Positions 57,023-64,000 of a stretch of DNA of 64,000 nucleotides are shown here, piece after piece. The notes under the pieces are model-generated. The model was not told where the DNA came from. It ran no database searches and saw only the letters and a program-made list of their open reading frames with translations. Numbering within the stretch: the first letter of the stretch is position 1; each line of letters starts with the position of its first letter. This stretch comes from a bacterium (GTDB lineage: Bacteria; Patescibacteriota; Minisyncoccia; Phycocordibacterales; UBA918), in assembly GCA_043719295.1 (NCBI GenBank), contig JAYSUD010000001.1:97700-161699 (forward strand). Direction: 5' to 3'. The translations under genes were made by a program, and so were the position numbers.

Positions 57023-57559
57023 ATGTCAGAACAAGAGAAGCAAGAAAGCCAGAAGACTGTAGTTGCATTTGCTGCAGGACTTCTTATTGGAGGATTGCTC
57101 GTATGGATTTTTGGAGGTTCACCTAAGACAGAGGAGGTTGCACAAGAAAAAACAGATACAACAACTACAGAAGAAGTAACTACAACAACAGGTGAAGAAG
57201 TCAAGCCGGAAGAAGTAAAAACTGATGCAAAACCAGTCCTCGTTACTGGAGAAGGAAAGATTGAAGTTGATGAAGTTAAAGCAGGTAAGGAAGTAAAACT
57301 TTCAAGTGCAACATTCCCAACTGATGAAGGATGGATTGGAGTACGTGATTACGCAAACGGACAACCTGCAGGATTACTTGGAGTTGCGCGATACAGTAAA
57401 GAACAAGGGCTTGTTCCAGAATCAGTTGTATTACAACGTTCAACAGTTGCAGGTAACTCTTACGCTATTGTTTTCTATAGTGAAAGTGGAGACCGTGTGT
57501 TCAGTTTAGCTGATGATAAGCAGATTGAGGGGGCTTTTGCAACATTTACCGCAAAATAG
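57023..57559 (+). CDS. Membrane-anchored Thr/Glu-rich hypothetical protein
   Basis: N-terminal TM VVAFAAGLLIGGLLVWIFGG; low-complexity TTTTEEVTTTTGEEVKPEEVK linker; C-terminal beta domain. Confidence 0.4.
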   Translation: MSEQEKQESQKTVVAFAAGLLIGGLLVWIFGGSPKTEEVAQEKTDTTTTEEVTTTTGEEVKPEEVKTDAKPVLVTGEGKIEVDEVKAGKEVKLSSATFPTDEGWIGVRDYANGQPAGLLGVARYSKEQGLVPESVVLQRSTVAGNSYAIVFYSESGDRVFSLADDKQIEGAFATFTAK

Positions 57560-57573
57560 TTTTTAGCCTCCAC

Positions 57574-57673
57574 AAGCGGCACACTTCTTCATTGTCCTGC
57601 AGAAAATATTTCTCATCGTACTTCATGTACGACTCGTCACATTTTCTTTGTACAATTCGAATTGCACTCGCTT
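57574..57673. repeat. Copy F of the dispersed intergenic element
   Basis: AAGCGGCACACTTCTTCATTGTCCTGCAGAAAATATTTCTCATCGTACTTCATGTACGACTCGTCACATTTTCTTTGTACAATTCGAATTGCACTCGCTTC. Confidence 0.7.
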
Positions 57674-57753
57674 CTGAAGCCTAAAACAGATCAAAAATCA
57701 TAGAAAAAAGCGCGATTTTCGGGCTTTTTTCTATGATGGTATACTAAGTACCT

Positions 57754-58533
57754 ATGTCAACGTACGTAAAAAAATATAATCCAAACCGGTCATCAGAATG
57801 GAACTATGGCGGAGCAAAGTGGAAACTATCTCGTTCAAAAATTGATTTTTTTATTGAGTGTCCTCGTTGCTTTTATATTGACAACAAACTTGGAACAAAA
57901 CGACCTGGAATGCCATCGTTTAACTTAAACATTGCAGTTGATGAGTTATTTAAAAAAGAATTCGATACGTATCGTGAAAAAGGTGAATCACATCCAATCA
58001 TGAAAGAGTATAAAGTTGATGCAGTGCCTTTTGTACACAAAGAACTTAACGTATGGCGTGACCCCTTTGAAGGAATACAATTTGTACATAAATCTACAGG
58101 ATTAACCGTCTCAGGTGGAATTGATGATGTATGGCAAAACAAAGATGAATCATTGATTGTTGTTGACTACAAAGCAACTTCTAAAGACGGAAAAATTGAA
58201 ACACTTGCCGATTCTTCATGGGAAGATCAGTACAAACGACAAATTGGTGTGTATCAGTGGCTCTTTACTCAAAATGGATTTAACGTCCAGAAAACAGGGT
58301 TTTTTGTCTATGCCAACGCACTTAAAAGTGGAGAGGCCTTTAACGACACATTAACCTTTGATACCACACTTGTTCCGTGCGAAGGTGATCAAAGCTGGAT
58401 AGAACCAACGTTAGAAAAAATTAAAGTCTGCCTTGAGAACGATACCTACCCAGAATCAGGTCCAAATTGTGAGTACTGTCCGTATCGAGAAGCCTGCGGT
58501 AAAAAACTACAGGCAATTCACAAGAAATCATAA
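57754..58533 (+). CDS. PD-(D/E)xK nuclease with Cas4/AddB-type Fe-S Cys cluster (DUF83/Cas4-like), not CRISPR-associated here
   Basis: N-terminal CPRC; nuclease motif IDDVWQNKDESLIVVDYKATSK (D...DYK); C-terminal CLEND...CEYCPYREAC. Confidence 0.6.
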   Translation: MSTYVKKYNPNRSSEWNYGGAKWKLSRSKIDFFIECPRCFYIDNKLGTKRPGMPSFNLNIAVDELFKKEFDTYREKGESHPIMKEYKVDAVPFVHKELNVWRDPFEGIQFVHKSTGLTVSGGIDDVWQNKDESLIVVDYKATSKDGKIETLADSSWEDQYKRQIGVYQWLFTQNGFNVQKTGFFVYANALKSGEAFNDTLTFDTTLVPCEGDQSWIEPTLEKIKVCLENDTYPESGPNCEYCPYREACGKKLQAIHKKS

Positions 58534-58537
58534 ATGT

Positions 58538-58798
58538 ATGACTGAATTTACCGAACTCGTTCGTGATGTAGTCCGAAATATCCCAAAGGGTAGTGTTATG
58601 ACGTATAAGGAGGTTGCCAAAAAAGCAGGTAATGAAAAAGCTTCACGAGCTGTAGCAAACGTTATGGCAGCAAACTATGACCTTGAAGTGCCTTGCCACC
58701 GTGTTATTCGGGCCGACGGTACTTTAGGAGGCTATAATCGTGGTGGAATTGAAAAAAAGCGTGAACTATTAACTGAAGAAGGTGTACAATTATCATAA
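58538..58798 (+). CDS. MGMT-family DNA-binding domain protein (O6-alkylguanine-DNA alkyltransferase C-domain only)
   Basis: Active-site motif PCHRVI with the Cys acceptor; HTH MTYKEVAKKAGNEKASRAVANV. ~86 aa. The listed ORF 58433.. is an upstream extension overlapping the previous gene. Confidence 0.6.
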   Translation: MTEFTELVRDVVRNIPKGSVMTYKEVAKKAGNEKASRAVANVMAANYDLEVPCHRVIRADGTLGGYNRGGIEKKRELLTEEGVQLS

Positions 58799-58799
58799 T

Positions 58800-59309
58800 A
58801 TGCAAAACTCTGATAACCAAAGGAAATTAGATGCTTCACGGCAACTACAAGATTTACATCAACAGAATCGTCGTACGTTAGATAATCACTTGCAACAGCT
58901 GACACAGAAACAGTATCAAGTAAGTACGAACGCACAATCAAAAATGCAACAAGTTTCAACACTTGAAGCACAAGCTTTAAATACATATAAAAAAGCTCAA
59001 GAAACATTTAAGCAGGCAGAGCAACAAATGCAAAGATCACAAGAAAACTATACAAGCGCACAAATGCGTGCACAAAAAGTACGTCTGGACATTGAAAAAA
59101 ACGCAACAAGTGAACAAGTAAAAATAATCAACGAAATTAAAGCGAAGGAACGAGAAATCGCGGTCACTCAAGCGAAAGCTGAAACTGAGACGAGAAACGT
59201 TGAAGAGTATACAAAACGTGTTCAAGATGATACGCGAAAAGAAATGGACCTCATGAGAAAGAACGCGGCTAATGTAAATAGTAGACCAGAAATGCGTAGA
59301 AGAGCATAA
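58800..59309 (+). CDS. Gln-rich coiled-coil hypothetical protein
   Basis: Continuous heptad/Q-rich sequence (QQLQDLHQQNRRTLDNHLQQLTQKQYQ...). Confidence 0.35.
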   Translation: MQNSDNQRKLDASRQLQDLHQQNRRTLDNHLQQLTQKQYQVSTNAQSKMQQVSTLEAQALNTYKKAQETFKQAEQQMQRSQENYTSAQMRAQKVRLDIEKNATSEQVKIINEIKAKEREIAVTQAKAETETRNVEEYTKRVQDDTRKEMDLMRKNAANVNSRPEMRRRA

Positions 59310-59333
59310 TGTTTAATAAGTAATCCATCACAT

Positions 59334-59936
59334 ATGTATTCCTACCGCATTGAACAAGCACTTCGCGCTGCGACAATTCTTCACAAAGACCAAGTTCGTA
59401 AGGGATCAATAGCAATTCCTTATGTAAGTCATCTTGTTGCAGTCTCATTCATTGCGCTTGACTATACGGACAATGAAGATGTTATTATTGCATGCCTTCT
59501 TCACGACACACTTGAAGACACTGACTACACAAAAGCTGAGCTTGAAGATGATTTTGGAGGGGTCGTTCGCGAGATAGTCGAAGCAGTCTCAGAACCACAA
59601 ACCGAAGAATTCAAAAAATTACCTTGGCGAGAACAAAAGCTACACTATGTTAAAAACCTTAAAGGAGCTCAAGAAGAAGCTTTGATTGTTTCGGCTGCAG
59701 ATAAGATACACAACATGCGAACGGTCATAGAAGAGTATTATGATGATCATTCACGATTTGTTGCGGACTTTAAAGGAAGTTTAGAAGACAGACTCTTTGC
59801 ATACGAAGAGATAAGTACTGTTTTAAACAAAAAACTGCACAATGGAATTATTGAAGAATTTAATATAGTATTTGGAGAATATAAAAATTTTATTTCAGAT
59901 GTCAAAAAATCTAAAGAAGAACAAGAACGTTTCTAA
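59334..59936 (+). CDS. HD-domain phosphohydrolase ((p)ppGpp hydrolase SpoT/Mesh1-like small HD protein)
   Basis: SHLVAVSFIA...ACLLHDTLEDTDYT: HD motif with the RelA/SpoT-type EDT signature. Confidence 0.65.
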   Translation: MYSYRIEQALRAATILHKDQVRKGSIAIPYVSHLVAVSFIALDYTDNEDVIIACLLHDTLEDTDYTKAELEDDFGGVVREIVEAVSEPQTEEFKKLPWREQKLHYVKNLKGAQEEALIVSAADKIHNMRTVIEEYYDDHSRFVADFKGSLEDRLFAYEEISTVLNKKLHNGIIEEFNIVFGEYKNFISDVKKSKEEQERF

Positions 59937-61218
59937 AACCAAAGAGTACACCTTTGTAAAGAAGTATAAAACAATTTCAGAATACAGACTTAAAAATGGT
60001 CTTACGCTGTTGTATATGGAAGTCAAAGGAACCGGAGTTGTAACAAGCAACATCGTATACAAAGTCGGAGCACGTGATGAAAGAGCTGGCGAAACAGGTT
60101 TAGCACACATGCTTGAACATATGCTTTTTAAACCAACAGAGGCGGATCTTAAAATGAAAATCGATTCAGGAGCAATGCAATTTGAACGCGAGACTGGATG
60201 TATTTTGAATGCAAATACTTGGAAAGATCGAACAACTTATTTTTTTAGTTACCCAAAATCTCATTTTAAACGTGCGCTCATCATCGAAGCAGAACGTATG
60301 CATGGGGTTGTTATAAGTGACAAAGAATTTCTTCCTGAACGTAACAATGTGCTGTCAGAGTTTGATATGTACTTTGGTGATCCATATTTTGCATTGAGTG
60401 TTGAAATGGTTTGTTGTACCTACCACAATCATCCATACGGTCACGAAACAATTGGTTTTAGAGAAGACATAGAGCGGTACACCACACCAATGCTTAAATC
60501 ATTTTATAATCGTTTCTATGACCCTAAAAATGCTACCCTTACGGTTGTAGGAGACATAGACGAACAAACGTGTCTTGAAGAAGTAACAAAAGCCTTTGGT
60601 GTACTTACTTCAAATTCTGAAATTATTAGAAATATACCTGCTTGTGAACCAAAACAAGAAGGGTTGCGTCGTATCACTATTGAGCGTGAATCTTCTACGA
60701 ACATCGTTGCATTTGGAGTTAAACATGGTGGGTTTCCAGCTAAAGAATGGACACAAACACAATTACTTGCATCAATTTTGACCGAAGGCCCTGACAGTAT
60801 TTTATACACAAAGCTCATTGATAAAGGTTTAGCATCAAAAGTAGAAATGAGTGTTGAGCCAACACAAGAAGAAAATGTTGGCATTCTCTACGTTACTCTT
60901 ACAAAAAAAGCTACACATTCACAAATTGAAAAAATTGTGTTTGATGTTGTACTTTCTCTCACTTCAAAAGATATAGCGCTTCTGTACAAAAAAGTTCAAC
61001 AAAAGATACTTACTTCAGAAATACTTGGACGCGAAAGTTCACTTGCTATCACGCGAGAGCTTACTGAATATGTCGGAGCAGGAGCATGGGAGGAATATTT
61101 TACTACTGAAGCAACGTTAAAAAGCATTACCGCAAAAGACATTATACAAACGGCACAAAAGATATTCGCTCAAAAACAAATGATTATTGGGCACTTTGTT
61201 GGCAAAATAGCTAAATAA
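59899..61218 (+). CDS. M16 family zinc metallopeptidase (pitrilysin-like, catalytic subunit)
   Basis: Inverted zinc motif HMLEHMLFK (HxxEH); downstream Glu region. Start uncertain: ATG 59899 overlaps the previous gene by 38 nt. Confidence 0.75.
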   Translation: MSKNLKKNKNVSKTKEYTFVKKYKTISEYRLKNGLTLLYMEVKGTGVVTSNIVYKVGARDERAGETGLAHMLEHMLFKPTEADLKMKIDSGAMQFERETGCILNANTWKDRTTYFFSYPKSHFKRALIIEAERMHGVVISDKEFLPERNNVLSEFDMYFGDPYFALSVEMVCCTYHNHPYGHETIGFREDIERYTTPMLKSFYNRFYDPKNATLTVVGDIDEQTCLEEVTKAFGVLTSNSEIIRNIPACEPKQEGLRRITIERESSTNIVAFGVKHGGFPAKEWTQTQLLASILTEGPDSILYTKLIDKGLASKVEMSVEPTQEENVGILYVTLTKKATHSQIEKIVFDVVLSLTSKDIALLYKKVQQKILTSEILGRESSLAITRELTEYVGAGAWEEYFTTEATLKSITAKDIIQTAQKIFAQKQMIIGHFVGKIAK

Positions 61219-61222
61219 TACT

Positions 61223-62533
61223 ATGGATTTCAAAGAATATTTAAACGCTGATACTAACAGTATAAGTATCACTCGAAATAATGAGCGAACTTTTTCTGTC
61301 TTAGTCTCAATGCCATACTCAAGAAGTAACCATGATGTGAAATGCGAGGCAATTTCGTATGTATATACTCACGCACTTCTTTCTGGATGTGGTACGTACA
61401 CACGTACACAGTTTCTTGACGCTGTAAGCTTAATTGGGGCAAGCATCAACGTCACTGCAAGCGATGGTATGGTTACCATTTCTTTTTCTTCACTTGATAC
61501 ACATCAGATGAAGCTACAGGCTTTGGTAAAGACAATGATTGGTTCACCTACATTTACATCAACCGAAATCAAGCGTATTAAAGAGTTAGTTACAAACGAA
61601 CTTATAGAATCAAAAGAAGATGCAAAAATGCGTTCACTTGAAGCACTTGAAAATGTACTCTACACACAGAATGATAGCCGATATACCTTTAATACTGATG
61701 TGTTGATCAAAGAGATTGAAAATGTAGAGAAAAAGAGTCTTCAAGAGTTTCATATAAATGTTCTAAACTCAAAATGGATATCTACATTTATCTCTGATAC
61801 TAAGTACAAACAAAAAATACAAAATTTCATAAATACATTGCAAAAACTATCTTCAAGGGAGAACAGTATGGGCAGTAATTTTCCAATGAATATTGAAGCA
61901 CGTATACTTACAAAAAAAGTTGTAGAACTTGTTTCTATTCCAAGTAAACAGAATATAGAAATTAATATCGGGAATTCACTACCATTAACTCAAGATGATA
62001 AAAATTATTATGCTTTTGTATTTGGCCTCAATGTGCTTGGAAAATGGGGAGGTTTTGCAGGACGTCTAATGAGCACTGTACGGGAAAAAGAAGGCCTCAC
62101 ATACGGTATTTATGCAAAGACAGAAACGACATCTCGAAAACGTAGTGGGTATTGGCGCATTATGACTTTTTTTGCGCCAGATAAAGTACTCCAAGGTATT
62201 GCTTCAACGCTTCGTGAGATTGAACTCATTAGAACCAAAGGTATTACGCAATCTGAATTTGATCGTTTTAAAACTATTCTAGAAACTGGAGAGGCCATGC
62301 GCGGAGATTCACTCCAAAGCACGTTACGCTACCATCACGGCCTACAATTAGCTGGATTTGACCTTGAAGGAATTACTGTACGAAGGACTAAATTCAGTAC
62401 CCTTACCAGAATTGAGATAAACCAAGCACTCAAAAAGTATCTTGATACCTCAAAGCTTGTGATTTCGTGCGCTGGACCGACTGCTTCAAAAACAAAAGAA
62501 CTCATGAAACTTCAACTTCATAAAAGTACATAG
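61223..62533 (+). CDS. M16 family peptidase, second (non-catalytic/beta-like) subunit
   Basis: M16 fold pattern (GMVTISFSSLDTH, LNVLGKWGGFAGRLMSTVREKEGLTYGIY) but no HxxEH motif; adjacent to the catalytic M16 gene. Confidence 0.65.
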   Translation: MDFKEYLNADTNSISITRNNERTFSVLVSMPYSRSNHDVKCEAISYVYTHALLSGCGTYTRTQFLDAVSLIGASINVTASDGMVTISFSSLDTHQMKLQALVKTMIGSPTFTSTEIKRIKELVTNELIESKEDAKMRSLEALENVLYTQNDSRYTFNTDVLIKEIENVEKKSLQEFHINVLNSKWISTFISDTKYKQKIQNFINTLQKLSSRENSMGSNFPMNIEARILTKKVVELVSIPSKQNIEINIGNSLPLTQDDKNYYAFVFGLNVLGKWGGFAGRLMSTVREKEGLTYGIYAKTETTSRKRSGYWRIMTFFAPDKVLQGIASTLREIELIRTKGITQSEFDRFKTILETGEAMRGDSLQSTLRYHHGLQLAGFDLEGITVRRTKFSTLTRIEINQALKKYLDTSKLVISCAGPTASKTKELMKLQLHKST

Positions 62534-62588
62534 AAACACAAAGACCTTTAATAAATCTGAGTATTTGGTATAGTCTTCATACAAATAT

Positions 62589-64000
62589 ATGACTGGAAAT
62601 GAAATTAGAGCTAAATACCTCAAGTTTATGGAGGATAGGGGACATGCTATTGTTCCTTCCTCTGGATTAGTACCTGAAAACGACCCAACAACACTTTTCA
62701 CAGGAAGTGGTATGCAACCAATGGTGCCGTACCTCCTTGGAGAAAAGCACCCAAAGGGAACACGTATTGCAGACAGTCAAAAGTCATTTCGTGCTGACGA
62801 TATTGAGGAAGTGGGCGACAATCGTCATACAACGTTTTTTGAAATGCTTGGAAACTGGTCTTTTGGTGACTATTTCAAAAAAGAACAAATAGAATGGATG
62901 TTTGAATTTCTCACGGTTGAAATAGGCCTTGATCCAAACAAACTCTACATTTCTGCGTTTGGAGGTGATATTGCTAACAATCTACCCAAAGATGAAGAAG
63001 CACCAAAAATTTGGCAAGAACTTTTTAAAGTTGTGCGAATTGATGCACATATTGCGTACATGGGAAGTGAGGCAGATGGATATAAGCGAGGAATGAAAGA
63101 CGGTGAACGAATCTTTTATTTTGAAGCGAAGAAAAATTGGTGGAGTAGAGCTGGCGTGCCACAAAACATGCCTGTAGGTGAACCGGGAGGGCCGGATTCT
63201 GAGATGTTTTATGATTTTGGAACACCCCACGATACAAAGTACGGAGAACACTGTCATCCAAATTGTGACTGTGGTCGTTTTCTTGAAATTGGAAATAACG
63301 TATTCATGCAATACGTGAAAACAGGCGACAATGAATATACTGAACTTGCAAGTAAGAATATTGACTTTGGTGGAGGACTAGAACGTATTGTTGCAGCGTA
63401 CAATAATAACCCAGACGTTTTCAAAACGGACTTACTTTGGAATGTAGTTCTCCAAATACAAGATATCTCAGGTAAAAAGTATGAAGACAACCTCGTTGCA
63501 TTTCGTGTTATAACCGATCACATACGAGGTGCAGTATTCATGATTGGTGATGGAATCTTTCCTTCAAATACTGACCAAGGATATTTCACACGAAGACTTT
63601 TGCGAAGAGCTGTACGGTATGCCGACGTTCTTGGTATCAAGGAAGGTGAATTAAAAAGTCTAGCGTTAAGTGTTATCGCGACCTACAAAGATCACTACAT
63701 AAACTTAGAGGAGAAGAAGCAAAGTATAATCGATACTATTGCACAAGAAGAAACTCAGTTTAGAAAGACCCTTGAACACGGTTTGAAGCAATTTAACAAA
63801 GTTTCACTTAAAATATTTGCTACAACACATATTGACGAAGAAACAGGAAAGAAAGTATTTAATAAAGAAACAGATGTAGAACGATACATGGCTGGGAAAA
63901 GTGCATTTGAACTTTTCACGACGTATGGATTTCCTATCGAGTTAACACAAGAAATTGCTCAGGAGCGTGGACTTGAGGTTGATATGACTGGTTTCCATAA
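62589..64000 (+). CDS. alaS: Alanyl-tRNA synthetase (N-terminal ~470 aa; continues beyond the window)
   Basis: MTGNEIRAKYLKFMEDRGHAIVPSSGLVPENDPTTLFTGSGMQPMVPY...FEMLGNWSFGDYFKKEQIEW: class II AlaRS catalytic core. No stop before 64000. Confidence 0.9.
   Translation, partial: MTGNEIRAKYLKFMEDRGHAIVPSSGLVPENDPTTLFTGSGMQPMVPYLLGEKHPKGTRIADSQKSFRADDIEEVGDNRHTTFFEMLGNWSFGDYFKKEQIEWMFEFLTVEIGLDPNKLYISAFGGDIANNLPKDEEAPKIWQELFKVVRIDAHIAYMGSEADGYKRGMKDGERIFYFEAKKNWWSRAGVPQNMPVGEPGGPDSEMFYDFGTPHDTKYGEHCHPNCDCGRFLEIGNNVFMQYVKTGDNEYTELASKNIDFGGGLERIVAAYNNNPDVFKTDLLWNVVLQIQDISGKKYEDNLVAFRVITDHIRGAVFMIGDGIFPSNTDQGYFTRRLLRRAVRYADVLGIKEGELKSLALSVIATYKDHYINLEEKKQSIIDTIAQEETQFRKTLEHGLKQFNKVSLKIFATTHIDEETGKKVFNKETDVERYMAGKSAFELFTTYGFPIELTQEIAQERGLEVDMTGFH

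Noticed and set aside
58433-58537. Upstream extension of the MGMT-like ORF overlapping the Cas4-like gene
   Set aside because: Homology to MGMT begins at MTEFTELV (58538); the extension lies in another gene's frame.
59872-59898. Earlier start MENIKILFQ for the M16 peptidase
   Set aside because: It would overlap the HD-domain gene by 65 nt; the second Met is more plausible, though the exact start remains uncertain.

Overview
This low-GC, gene-dense window mixes conserved housekeeping genes with small accessory insertions. By gene content (UvrA/UvrC, Ddl, an F-type ATP synthase operon, LeuRS, AlaRS, YchF, MnmA, M16 peptidases, an RND pump) it looks like a reduced genome of a Patescibacteria/CPR-like bacterium; that taxon call is an inference. 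Almost all evidence is motif-level reading of the six-frame translations; no database search was possible.

The housekeeping backbone carries a tRNA-Ala(UGC) gene at 9282..9354 whose 3' half is embedded in an ~87-nt perfect palindrome. Its last 20 nt are repeated directly 228 bp downstream, which looks like an att-site signature.

A roughly 10-kb accessory island lies right of that tRNA (about 9.6-19.1 kb). It encodes:
- a Fic protein, a DUF1294 membrane protein and a RhuM-family protein;
- a GC-rich DUF1294 gene fragment;
- an MmeI-like type IIG restriction-modification enzyme with a GC-rich 3' end;
- a HicB/HicA toxin-antitoxin pair;
- an XRE-HTH/Panacea (DUF4065) antitoxin with a RelE/ParE-like toxin;
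- a small PD-(D/E)xK nuclease-like protein;
- a second RhuM module fused to a Doc (HxFxDGNKR) toxin domain, co-transcribed with a Cys/His/Asp protein.
The repeated RhuM-Fic/Doc pairing is the most system-like novelty.

Other notable features:
- An extragenic palindromic repeat family (REP-like; ACTCAGT...ACTGAGT and CCGAGGTCGGAYCTCG) with an adjacent REP-associated IS200-like tyrosine transposase (RAYT). Copies sit inside the atp operon, together with three inserted small membrane/Cys-rich ORFs.
- A dispersed ~100-bp intergenic element with at least seven copies, always between co-directional + strand genes, ending in a conserved CCTCGAATTGCAC box.
- A LeuRS carrying a full Nudix box (GGLEANETYEEAAIRETKEETGY) in a ~150-aa insertion after the editing domain.
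- Tandem paralogous 43-aa membrane peptides.
- An ATP-cone/PD-(D/E)xK nuclease translationally coupled to mnmA.
- A Cas4-like Fe-S nuclease next to a mini-MGMT protein.

No CRISPR array, integrase or rRNA was seen.
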